Positions 1 through 10,924 of a DNA stretch of 64,000 nucleotides are shown piece by piece. The notes under the pieces are model-generated. The model saw only the letters and a list, made by a program, of their open reading frames with translations. It was not told where the DNA came from and ran no database searches. A program made the translations under genes and the position numbers. Every line of letters begins with the position of its first letter. The first letter of the stretch is position 1. This stretch comes from Sphyrna mokarran (taxonomy: Eukaryota): positions 868,001-932,000 of the forward strand of contig JAGIQG010000043.1 in assembly GCA_024679065.1 (NCBI GenBank), given 5' to 3'.

Positions 1-276
1 TTAATTTAACATAACATCAAAACCATCATTGCTGACAAAATGGGAAGTCGATTAATAACAATGATTAGAAAGGAATTAATCCCAATTGTGATTTCTCCTG
101 TTGTATGATGTGTGAGTAGGCTCCGTTAACAATATAGGCCACTTTGGAGAAAAAAAAACGCATTTCAAGTAGAACTTCTGAGTGAAAAATAAGTTTTTTT
201 TTCACGAAAAAGGTGCCCAAATTCGGTGGAGGAGAAGAAGAAACAAACAAAAACAGAAACTGCTGGAATTTCTCAG

Positions 277-560
277 CGGCACAGTGGTTAACATTGCTGC
301 CTCTCACCACCCGGAGCCTGGGTTCCATTCCTGCCTGCGTGGATTTTGCATATCTTTGCCATGTTTGCGAGGCTTCCTTCTGGGTGTTCTGGTTTCCATC
401 CACAATCACAAAAAAAATGTGCGGGTGTTTGTTCATTGACTGCTAAATTGCCCCATTGTTTCAGGGGATTAGCAGGGTAAATAAGTGGGATTATGGCGAT
501 TGTCACCAGTGCAGGCTCGATGGGCCATGTGGCTTCTTTCTGCATTGTAGGGAGCCTATG
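277..560 (+). mobile_element. HE1/V-SINE-type tRNA-derived SINE
   Basis: gcggcacagtggttaacattgctgcctc (A-box-like), gggttccattcc (B-box-like), central conserved block and LINE-like tail. Confidence 0.75.
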
Positions 561-919
561 ATTCAAGGTCTGAGAGCTTTTGTCAGATAGCATGGAGGAC
601 TGAGGGTAACCCACAAGGGGAATGTTGGGTCTAGTTTTCTCTCCATAGAGGCTCTCAGACCTAGAATTATATTCACCTACAGTCCTGAAAGACGTCATTG
701 GGCCCATCGGATCTGCACTGACCACAACTCCCATAATCCAACAGAGATTTTCCAGCATTTCCTGGTTTTGGTTCAGGTTCTAGCATCCTCAGTCAGTTGG
801 TGTCATATAAGGAGAGAGAGTGATGTAAGCAATAGTTGAGGAATGCAGTTTCACTGTAGCTCCTTATGTGATTATCATTACACAATTCATATGTGCCTCC
901 TGCCAAACCAGATTCAAGA

Positions 920-1180
920 TGTAGAGATGCCGGCGTTGAACCGGGGTAAACTCAGTAAGAGGCCTGAAAACACCATTTTAAATCCAACCGATTTAGAATG
1001 CGATTCACATTCTAATTTGCAATCTGTAAACTCTCTGTGCTGATATGTGTGCTATTGCAGACCAGAACACCTCATTTGCCTGACGAAGGCACAAAGGCCG
1101 AAAGCTAGCAGGTTTACTATAAAATAAATCGATTGGATTTAAAATTGATGTTGTCAGACCTCTTACTGAGTTTAAAGCAG
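920..1180. mobile_element. Penelope-like element terminal remnant with ~49-bp inverted repeats and a hammerhead-like motif
   Basis: 947-995 is an imperfect reverse complement of 1125-1174. Internal CTGACGA-aGGCacaaagGCC-GAAAGCTAG is followed by AATAAA. Confidence 0.65.
1074..1113 (+). ncRNA. Minimal type I hammerhead ribozyme-like motif
   Basis: Stem I AUUUGC/GCAGGU, core CUGACGA, stem II GGC/GCC, GAAA, palindromic AGCU stem III, CUA cleavage triplet. Activity is unknown. Confidence 0.5.
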
Positions 1181-1639
1181 ATTCAAACCAGATTTACTGA
1201 TGAATGGAGGTGTATTCTACCTTTCGAAAGTGAGGAGGAAAATGGGGTAACTAAGCGCAATGATTAGAGCAATTTAATAATGCTGTTTTAATTTTGAATC
1301 AGACATTTTAAAAAAGATTCACTGTTGTCACATCTATTAACAGACAGTGAAAAGTATTGTTTGTAATGCATTATACAGACAAAGCATGCCGCTCGTAGAG
1401 AAGTAAAGGAGAAAGTTGAGAATGTAGTGCTAATATCATAACAGGAGTGTAGAGGAAGACCAATTTAATGCTATGTAGTCCATTCAGAAGTCTGATGGCA
1501 GCAGGGAAGAGATTGTTCATGAGTCGGTTGGCACGTTTGTATCGATTTTCCGACAGAAGAAGGCGGAAAAGATGATGTCCAAGTTGTGTTGGGTCCTTGA
1601 TTATGTTGACTGCTTATCCAAGGCAGTGGGAAGTGTCGA

Positions 1640-2320
1640 TGGAACATAGAACATAGAACATAGAACATTACAGCACAGAACAGGCCCTTCGGCCTTCGAT
1701 GTTGCGCCGACCAATATAAAAAGCAATGCCCCTCCAAACTAAACCATTCCCTTCTCTTCCATATACTTATCAACTAACCTCTTAAACGCCACCAAACTTG
1801 GCGCATCTACAACTGCTGCAGGCAGGGCATTCCACTCCCGAACCACCCTTTGGGTAAAGAACCTACCTCTGATATCCGTCCTATAACTATCACCCCTTAA
1901 TTTAAAGCTGTGTCCCCTCGTGCTAGCTTTCTCCATCCTAGGAAAAAGGCTATCACTGTCCACCCTATCTAAACCTCTAATCATCTTATATGTTTCGATT
2001 AGGTCCCCTCTTAGCCGCCTCCTTTCTAACGAAAACAACCTCAAATCCCTCAACCTCTCTTCATAAGACCTGCCCTCCATACCAGGCAACATCCTGGTAA
2101 ACCTCCTCTGTACCCTCTCCAATGCCTCCACATCTTTCTTATAATGTGGGGACCAGAACTGCACACAATACTCCAAGTGCGGCCGCACTAGAGTTTTGTA
2201 CAGTTGCAACATGACGTTGCGGCTCCGAAATTCAATCCCTCTACCAATAAAAGCCAAGACTCCATATGCCTTCCTAACAACCTTCTCGACCTGACTGCCT
2301 ACTTTCAGGGATACTTTCAT
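1640..2320 (-). mobile_element. CR1-type LINE, 5'-truncated (ORF2 C-terminus and 3' UTR)
   Basis: ORF 1739-2362 has LYKTLVRPHLEYCVQFWSP...LERRRLRGDLI; (TTCTATG)n tail. Confidence 0.92.
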
Positions 2321-2450
2321 GGAGTCAATGGATGGGAGGCTAGACTGATAATTTACTTCCAATTCGGCGTGTCATAATTGAGGGCTGTCTTCAGGGAATG
2401 TTCTATAACCTGAGGTGACTGTCATGCCTTTCTCTCTCTCTCTTTCCTAG

Positions 2451-2789
2451 TTACAGTGTCTCAGATCGCCTTGTCCCAGTCTCCGGCGGTTCAGACACTC
2501 TCTGTCGGAAGTCCTGTTAAATTAAGGTGTCGTACCCAGGGTCAAGCTTCCAGCTATTTTCATTGGTACAGACAGAGAGAAGGAAACGGCATGGATTTGG
2601 TTTACAAAGCGTTCCAGAAAATTTCAGCTAAGGGGAGGTTTTCCAGCGAGATTTCTGAAAAAGCAGACATCTGTTCACTGATCATTGCAGATTCCCAGAA
2701 AAATGATTCTGGGGTGTATTACTGTGCAATCCCGGAATTTCAAAATGCGTTCTATTTATTCGGAAATGGCTCCAAGTTAGTGATTACAG
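2451..2789 (+). CDS. Gene A: germline-joined V+J Ig V-set exon of a non-rearranging antigen-receptor-like receptor
   Basis: Polypyrimidine acceptor ...tctttcctag|TT at 2450/2451 and donor ACAG|gtaaat at 2789/2790, phase 1-1, 339 nt. Translates to TVSQIALSQSP...VKLRC...WYRQ...GRFS...DSGVYYCA...FGNGSKLVIT, with canonical Cys, Trp, DxGxYYC and an FGxG J-type motif in one exon. No RSS seen. Confidence 0.93.
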
Positions 2790-2885
2790 GTAAATCCCGT
2801 TATTATTCCATTGCAGTGGGTATCTCAAATGAATTAAAGTGTCCTGCTCCACTAATATGTTCTCGATTTCATTTATTGGATTTAG

Positions 2886-3185
2886 CGGGTTCTCCCACCA
2901 TATTCCTCCTCACCCCACCACTGGATGAGATTCCCGCCATGGAAAGGGTCCCGTTATTGTGTTTGGTCAGAGGCGTGTCTCCCGATTCCGTTCCCGTCCG
3001 CTGGAATGTTTCGGGGCGGGATGCTGAGGGGCAGACCGATTCGGGGACACTGGAGCCGGACGGAACCTACACCGTCAGGAGTTACATCAGCGTCTCGCAG
3101 GAAACTTGGAGAAGCGGCGCTCGTTTAACTTGCGCCATTCAGGTCAACTCCGGTGAAAGTATTCTCAGTGCCTCAACTCAGAGAG
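2886..3185 (+). CDS. Gene A: Ig C1-set domain exon
   Basis: Acceptor tttag|CG at 2885/2886, donor AGAG|gtaact at 3185/3186, 300 nt, phase 1-1. SPTIFLLTPP...LLCLVRGVSP...VRWNVSG...DGTYTVRSYISV...W.SG...TCAI shows C1-set hallmarks. Confidence 0.92.
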
Positions 3186-3734
3186 GTAACTATTCACAAT
3201 GACCATTTATCAATGAATTTAACATTAATGGGACCCGTTACGAAGAATCGTCCAACTTTGTAAATTAGCAATGTCTCTGTAGGCATCTGTAGGTCCAATT
3301 CGTCCTTGTCCAGTCACAGCTCTCCCGATTGTTCAGAGTTCCGCTTTCTGATCTGTTCGCTGCCGTAGAGAACCGTGGGTGTTCAGGCACATTTGTGAGA
3401 ACGTATAGATTACACGGTCAGGGGAAAGGCCGGGAAAGTTAAGTTTATGTACAAGGTTAGCCATAGTGTTATTGAAAGGCAGAACAGACCGGATAGGCCT
3501 AAAGGCCTCTTTCCTTCTCTCACTTCTTGTGTCTGCTGAAGACACCGTTATATTTCTGAAGGTCAGGGGCCACTCGGTCCATGTGTCAAAAAGAAATGTG
3601 CGACTATACCCACAATGTTGCACTTCTCAGCGCGGTGGTGAACCTCTTATTTATCCCTTCGTCTCTCTCTCTCTCTCTCCTTCCTTCAATCCCTTTCAAT
3701 TGCACCTTGCGCTACAAGTTATCTGCGCAATGGC

Positions 3735-4400
3735 ATATTGACATTTTTGTCTCACTGCTCCGGTGACCCGGGTTAAACTCCAGCTTTGGATGACTGTCTG
3801 TGTGGAGTTTGCATGTTCTCCCCGTGTCAGCGCGGATCCCCTCCAGTTACTGCAGCTGTTCCAAAGATGTGCCCTTTACGTGGATTGGCCGTGCTAACTT
3901 CCCCGTTAGTGTACAAAGATGTGCGGATTAAGTGGATTAGCCACACTAAATTGCCCCTTAGTGTCTAAAGGCATGTATGTTATATGGATTGTCCATACTA
4001 AATTCCCTTATAGAACATAGAGACATAGAAAAACTATAGCGCAAAAAGGCCCTTCGTCCCACAACTTGCACTGATCTTATCCCTACGTATTAGGCTTATC
4101 TATAACCCTCAATCCTATTAAGTCCCATGTACTCATCCAGAAGTCTCTTAAAAGACCCTATCGAATTTACCCCCACCGCTACCGACGGCAGCCAATTCCA
4201 CGCACCCACCACCCTATGAATGAAAGAAAAATACCAAAAAAAACTTTAGTGACCAAAGATGTGTGAGTTAGGTGAAATAACGAGGATAAATTGTGTGGGT
4301 AAATACTTGGGTTCATTTGGTTGGGCCTTGGGTGGCACTGGTGTCGTGCTTATTCGAAAGGCCGAATAGACTTGTGTGTAATGTTGGGATTTTACGATCT
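3735..4400 (+). mobile_element. HE1-type SINE with internal ~52-bp tandem units, interrupted by a minus-strand CR1 3' fragment (~4010-4220)
   Basis: Repeated aaagatgtg...gtggattggccatgctaaattgccccttagtgt units; CR1 tail (tagaacatag) at about 4010. Confidence 0.65.
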
Positions 4401-5989
4401 GTCCATTTGTTTATCTTTCCCTGTTAACCTCCCCTCCCTCCCCCTCTCTACCAAACCTCCATTTTACCCTGGCGTTGCTTTCTCAGCCAGCCTGTCCTAA
4501 CACACTGTTTGCATCTCTTGCCTCTCACTCTGCCTTCAGCTGTTAATCTTCCCCTCTCTTTCTCCCTGTCTCTATCTCTCCCATTATTTATTGGTTTATC
4601 TAATATTCTCCAGCATTCCATCTAAACGTCTATCTCCCTCCGCTTTATCTACTTTGTTCTCTTCTGTTCTTTCTTTCTGTAAACCTCTCTCTGTGTTTCA
4701 TCATTGGAAATCGAGCTAAATAATTTTGTGTAAGTTATCTGCTCTGGCCTGTCGCTCCATCTCCTGTCCTGTTCGGAAAGTATTCCATCAGATTGATGCT
4801 CTAACGTTGAATCATGTATTCTTTCCATGTATCTGGGGGAACTTTTTTTTCACACAGATGATGGTGAGTGCCTGGAACAAGCTACCAGAGGTAATAGCAG
4901 AGGCGTGTAAAATTTTATCTTTAAAAAAAAACGTTTTATGAGTAAGATGGTTGAAGAAGAATATTGGCCAATCATGTGCAAATAGGACTAGCATAGAGGT
5001 TATAGAAAGAAGCATGTTGGGTCGAAGGGCCTGCTTCCATGTTGTAAACCTCTATGACTGTATGATTGTATCCTGCGCTTTATTACTGCGTTGTTTCAAC
5101 TGTGCTTTGTATCATCTTGATTCTTACTCTCTCCACGAATCTGCCACATTTTCCACCTTTCCCTATGTGTACGCTGTTCAAAAAAATGATCCGTCCCTCT
5201 GTCACTATGTCTTCCTACTTTTCCCTGTGTCCTATTGGGAAATTCCTGTTTTGAAGTCTCTCAATTGGGCAGCACCGTGGGACAGTCGTTAGCGCTGATG
5301 CCTCACCGCGCCAGGTGCAAGGCCTCAATTCTGACGTCCGATCAATGTATACGTGGAGTTTGCACATTGTCCCGTGACGGCATCCGTTTTCTCCATGTAA
5401 TTCGGTTTCGTCCTACAATCCAAAGTCATGTGGTTTGCTTGGGGATGCTAAATTGACTGGATTTTCAGGGGGAATAGCAGGACAAACGCTTGGGTTTATG
5501 TAGATAGCGTCAAATTGTTGTCGGAGCGGATAGGATGGGTCGAATGTACTCCTTGTGCACTATGGGATTCAATGATTACACAATCCCTGAATGTTTCGCT
5601 CTCTCTCTCTGTCTCTCCTTCTCTGTAGACGCTCTGTTCAAAAATTCCACGTATCTCTGCCACTATTTCGCTCTAGTTCCTGTTGTATCTATGGATCTAC
5701 AAACATAGGTCCTGTTAGATCTATAAACATAGACAGGGATCACGGGTAGAGGTGGGAACATCGGGGTGGCGGCGCGCTCTCGTTGGGCCGAAGGGCCTGT
5801 TTCCCGTGCTGTTTTGTTCTTTGTATCCTGCTGTATACAAAAGTGCTACTCTAATATATAATGGGAAAGTATGCAAAATGTTCTGCCATTTTCCAGTCCA
5901 TTTGGACAGGCCGATTCAGCAGATCCCTTGGCTTGTTTAATTACTTCCACAATCGATATTTTTAACTGAAAATTTAATTCTTTTTGTAG

Positions 5990-6109
5990 ATTCTCCGTTC
6001 CCCACCACATGCAGTATCGTGTTTTCCGGCGGGTTGTCGGCCACGGCACTTCTCTTTCTAGGATTGGTTCTTGTGGCCGGAAGAAGGATCTTCAAGAACC
6101 GGCAGAGAG
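5990..6109 (+). CDS. Gene A: connecting peptide and transmembrane exon (DSPFPTTCSIVFSGGLSATALLFLGLVLVAGRRIFKNRQR)
   Basis: Acceptor tttttgtag|AT and donor AGAG|gtagcg, 120 nt, phase 1-1. Hydrophobic stretch followed by basic residues. A same-length homologue lies at 44967-45086 (-). Confidence 0.88.
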
Positions 6110-6248
6110 GTAGCGATTGACGGAGGACGCTGTTACTCCGCAGTGCTCTCAATCCATTCATTTATCACCGAGTTATTGACACTTCTGAGCGGGTTCGGTG
6201 TGAGATGTAGCCATTTTAAATTTCAATTTAAATTACTCTTTCTAGCAG

Positions 6249-6307
6249 GAGCAGCGAACAGTGATGACGAGCTGACAGAATCCAGGGAACACAAGCAAAA
6301 TAAAGAG
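6249..6307 (+). CDS. Gene A: cytoplasmic exon 1 (GAANSDDELTESREHKQNKE)
   Basis: tctagcag|GA...GAG|gtgaat, 59 nt, phase 1-0. A 59-nt homologue lies at 44789-44847 (-). Confidence 0.85.
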
Positions 6308-6859
6308 GTGAATGAATGGGATTAGTGTGGCGATAACCACACGGATACTTTTCATTTTTTTTTTAATCCAGATTTCTTTTCAGTCAATTCGTGGGTCTTT
6401 TGATTTGATGTGATTTATTATTGTCACATATATTGGGATGAAATGAAAGTTATTACCCCTTGCGTGCAATACCGACAAGCAGTACTGCTCATAGAGAAGG
6501 AAATGAGAGAGTTTAGAATGTGGTGTCAGAGTCATAGCTCGAATGTGAAGAAAAATCAACTTAATGCGAACCAAGTCCATTCAACTGTCTGATGGCAACT
6601 GTCTGATGGAAGAATCTGTTCTTGAGTCGATTGGTACATGATCTCAGATTTTTGTACCTTTCTTTTCCTGACAGAAGGAGATGAGAGTATGCCCAGGGTG
6701 TGTGGGATCAGTGTTATGCTGGCAAGCATAACCGAGGCAGTCGGAAGTGTTGATAATATCAATGGATGGGAGGCTTGTTTGCGTGATGGACTAGGCTTGT
6801 TCACAAACCTCTGTTGTTTCTTGCGTTATTGGACAGAGCAGGAGCCATACCGAGTTTAC

Positions 6860-7630
6860 TCACTTTGAAAGCAAAAATAAGAAGGGTGATTACGACCTGA
6901 ATGGTTCTGATTTGGGAGAGAGGAGTTTGCAGCAGGACCTGGGTGTCTTTGTACACCAGTCCCTGCAGTTAATACAGATAAAGCAGGCGGTAAAGAAGGC
7001 AATTTGTATGTTGGCTTTCATGGCGAGAGGTTTTGATTACAGGGATAGGGATATGTTGTTGCAATCTTACAGGGCCTTGTTGAGGCCACCGCTGTGGTAT
7101 AATGTGCACTTTTTTCTCCTTTTCTGAGGAATGATGTTATTTCTCTCGAGGGATTGGAACAAAGGTTTATCAACTGATTCCAGGTATGGCAATGTATGAG
7201 GAGAAGTTGACTGGGTTAGGATAGTTTTTGCTGGAGTTCGGAGGAATGAAGGGGAATCTTATAGAGGCTTATACAATTCTAACATGACTAGACACGTAGA
7301 TGCAGGGAGAATGGTGGGAGCATTCATAATTAGGGAATCACAGTCTGAAGATTGATGTTAGACCATTTAGGACGGAGATGAGAAGATATTTCTTCATCCA
7401 AAGAGTGGTGAACTTGTGGAATTCACCACCTCAAGTAGCTTATGTCAATATATTGAATGGATTCAAGAGGTGGCTAGATATCGCACTTGGAGCGAATGGG
7501 GTCAAAGGTTATGGAAAGAAAACAGGATTAGGTATCTGAGTTGGATAATCAGCCATGATCGTGATCAATAGTTAAGCAAGGCTCGAAGGGTCAAATGGTT
7601 TTCTGCTTGCTCATAAATTCTATGTTTATA
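6860..7630 (+). mobile_element. Old degenerate CR1-type LINE 3' region
   Basis: QQDLGVFVHQSL...VKKA..MLAF..RG motif in ORF 6912-7127; frameshifted. Confidence 0.75.
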
Positions 7631-8388
7631 TGTAAAAGCAGCAGCATTCTCAAGGACCCTATGTATGCTGGACACACTCTTTCCCATTTTCTCCATCGGG
7701 AACTCGATACTGAGGTCACATACCAACCGACCCTGCTTCCATCCGGCTTTTGAATGGATCCGCGTTTAATCAAGCTGAATTTTCTCTACACCACTAGCCA
7801 TGATTGTAACACTATAATCGACACCCACTGCATTCCTTCTCTATGAACCGTATGCTTTATCTGTATAACATGCATTTTTTTTTCATTGTAATACGTGTGA
7901 AAATAATAAATCAAGTCAAAAAGAACTTCACACATAGCGTGAATGGAACCGACTGCCGTCGGAGGTTGTTGAGGTAAACTCACTGGGGTCTTTTAAGAGA
8001 CTTCTGGATAAGTATATGGAATAGAATAGGATAGGGGGTTATAGATAGGTCTGTGGATTGGTAGATGTGATCGGTGCAACTCGTGGGCCGAAGGGCCTGT
8101 TTGTGCTGTATTGTTCTATGTTCTATGTTCACACATAACGGGGCTGAATTCTGGAATACTATAAACCAAAAAAACTATACAGAGCAGCGGACAACCAGAA
8201 CTCTTAAAATTGAGACGGATGCATTTATGTTCGAGAATGGATTAATAATTATTCAATGTTGTTGGATTATGTGAGTTGAGCTACTAGTCAGCCATGAACA
8301 GATAGAATAGAATGGAGGGGCTTAATGGCCTCACCTAACCCTGTAACGATGGTGTGGATGACACTAACTGGTCACTTTTCATCTACAG

Positions 8389-8433
8389 ACACTCTACGCT
8401 CACCTGGCCTTTAACAAGGATCCAACAGTCTAA
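8389..8433 (+). CDS. Gene A: terminal coding exon with tyrosine motif (TLYAHLAFNKDPTV*)
   Basis: ttttcatctacag|ACA, phase 0, stop TAA at 8431-8433. Homologous to 43025-43069 (-), which encodes TDYARLAFNKNPTL*. Confidence 0.85.
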   Translation, partial: TLYAHLAFNKDPTV

Positions 8434-8583
8434 CTCGAGAGAAAAGAGAGAGACAGATGACTCGCCGATTGTTTCTGTACGCCTTTTGTGCTACAGATAT
8501 GCATCTTGTAGCACGGAAATTCGAAAAGTGCAACGGGTGCAAATTTGGGCGAACTGGTGACTTAATTTTCATCAAAATCAGAA

Positions 8584-8589
8584 AATAAA
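8584..8589 (+). promoter_or_regulatory. Candidate polyadenylation signal (AATAAA) for gene A
   Basis: AATAAA about 150 nt downstream of the predicted stop codon. Confidence 0.5.
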
Positions 8590-9324
8590 TTTTCTGCAAA
8601 TAGCCGTCATTCTAAGATGGAATATGACCTGCAGTGCAATTTCATCTCTTCATGCTTCGATTTTCTCACATAGATTTTACAATTCTATTCTTCATTTTCT
8701 ATCGGAATTGTCCAAGTTATCAAAATGTTGAAACAAAACTTGATGTTCAGTCTGTAATCATTTTATGTTTCAGAACAAACGTGTTTCCATTGGATTTTCA
8801 GCGTATTCACAGAGACATTTTTAGAGTGAATGTGTGTATGATGGATGTGTGGCTAAGGACTGATGAGGCATCTTTGCAACTGGCTTGAGATTTCGGCTCC
8901 ATGAATGTGCAATGCGCAAAATTAAATGTGTCCCCAGTCTTAAATGGATGTACCTTGGTATTGGGCACTGTTATATTTCATTCTGATAAAAATTAGCTGC
9001 AATTCATATTCCTGTCAGTTAACACGGATAAATGGATGTTACAGACACGAAGCTTGGAACTATGACTATTTCCAGCACAAAAAAGTGGCCATTCTACTTG
9101 CACACAAGTGTTATTTGTTCCAATCGGCAGTTCCGTCTGATTTCTCAACTTTCCCGAATGTCTCTGCGAATTATTCCTTTCACCACACCTCAAATTTGGT
9201 TTTCAATTCATAGATCTATAAACATAGACAGGGATCACGGGTGGAGGTGGGAACATCGGGAGGCGGCGTGGGCTCTTTGGGCTGAAGGGCCTGTTTCCCA
9301 TGCTGTTTTGTTCTTTGTTCTTTG

Positions 9325-9705
9325 AGAATCATAGGGGGCTGAGAACATAGTCTTGTGGAGCACCATGGAGGAGGTGTAGTTGTCTATCCTTACTGGTTGT
9401 GATGTGTGAGATAAGCAGTTCAGGATCCAGTCAGAGAGGGAGGAGCAAAGATCCACGCCCCGGAATTTGGAGCTGAGTTATGTGGGAATAATGTTGTTGA
9501 AGGTTGAATTTAGTCAATAAATAAGAGTCTGACATGGGTGTCCTTGTTGTCGAGATGTTCCAGTGTTGAGTGCAGAGTTTGAGAGATGATATCTGTTGTG
9601 GACGACTTCAGTGATAGGCAAACTGTAGTGAATCCAGGTAATCCTTGGAGGCTGATATTGATTCGTGCCATGACTAGCCTTTAGAAGCACTTCATGATGA
9701 TGGAT
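9325..9705 (-). mobile_element. Rex1/Babar-like LINE RT fragment
   Basis: LSDWILNCLSHTSQPVRIDNYTSS resembles the LCNWILDFLT.RPQ.VRIG motif. Related pieces lie at about 1320-1640, 6410-6850, 7630-7915, 34490-34850 and 58260-58640. Confidence 0.6.
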
Positions 9706-10030
9706 AGAACATAGAACATTACAGCACAGAACAGGCCCTTCGGCCTTCGATGTTGCGCCGACCAATATAAAAAGGAATGCCCGTCCAAACTAAACCATTC
9801 CCTTCTCTTCCATATACTTAACAACTAAACTCTTAAACGCCACCAAACTTGGCGCATCTACAACTGCTGCAGGCAGGGCATTCCACTCCCGAACCACCCT
9901 TTGGGTAAAGAACCTACCTCTGATATCCGTCCTATAACTATCACCCCTTAATTTAAAGCTGTGTCCCCCCGTGCTAGGTTTCTCCATCCTAGGAAAAAGG
10001 CTATCACTGTCCACCCTATCTAAACCTCTG
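9705..10030 (-). mobile_element. CR1 3' fragment
   Basis: Near-identical to 1640-1980. Confidence 0.9.
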
Positions 10031-10924
10031 TCAGAACTACTGGCCGATAGTTATTATAGCATGCTGCTTGTATTTTTTATTTTAACTTAGGTGCCTGGTT
10101 AAAATCCTCCGATATTTTAGTTCCTATTTACATACAGCCACGATCAATTTTGGAAATGTTAGCCATATGCAGGGCGGCAAAGGAGGAAGAGCTTCATGCG
10201 TCAGATGAAAGCCAATAGGTGGAATTGAGGTGCCTAACCGATTCACAGAGACATACCAATGTCCACTCTATGTATGGAGCTATGGAGTGGTCCTACATTA
10301 GGGGAACATTGCCACTCAGAGGCATTTGCTTGAGTGACGAGTGTCAATGTTCATTTGAGGGAGGATACTTGCAAATAACAGCATGGCAGGTGGACAAATT
10401 TGAATTAACGCAATTCGATTGGAATGTAATCTAATTCACGGTGACTATTTCTTTTCTGGCAGGTGATTGACCGTCTATATCTCGCCTGGCCTTTATGTGA
10501 CACCAGAGCTACACGAGCAAATTATTCATTTCCAGGGTGGCAAACGAAATCGGAATAGGCATTGAATACTAGGTTATTATAAATGAAGCGTTGCGAATTC
10601 TTGCCAGCGTACCCGAGTCAGCAAAATCGTTCCGTATTTCAATCTGTACCCATGGGACAATTTAAGAATGACAGAGTGTGGTCAAAATATTGCGCAGGAG
10701 GAGCATATTGTTCCCTCAGTCACATTGTGGATGATCTGTGTTTCCACTTCTGCGACCTGGTTTAGTTTAGTAACTTACACTCACCTCCCCAACAAAATTC
10801 TGTTTCCAATCTTTCAATTTCCATCATCAATCGGATTCAACAGAAGGACTTCCAGCTGTTTGAGACAAGTGTGTTACCTTGCTTTTAATGTTTTGCTCAG
10901 TATCTAGGTGAAACGAACGAATCA

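Noticed and set aside
65-758. Overlapping ORFs at the window start
   Set aside because: Largely SINE-derived, no domain motifs, no signal-peptide exon with a phase-1 donor.
2720-2726. TACTGTG cryptic heptamer at the YYC of both V exons
   Set aside because: Expected from Tyr-Cys-Ala codons; no nonamer seen at 12/23 spacing.
2451-3202. Calling genes A/B a rearranging TCR or Ig light-chain locus
   Set aside because: V and J are fused in one exon, no heptamer-spacer-nonamer RSS or separate J segments were seen, the TM lacks the charged residues of TCR chains, and a Tyr-motif tail is present. Origin from a germline-joined Ig/TCR gene cannot be excluded without phylogeny.
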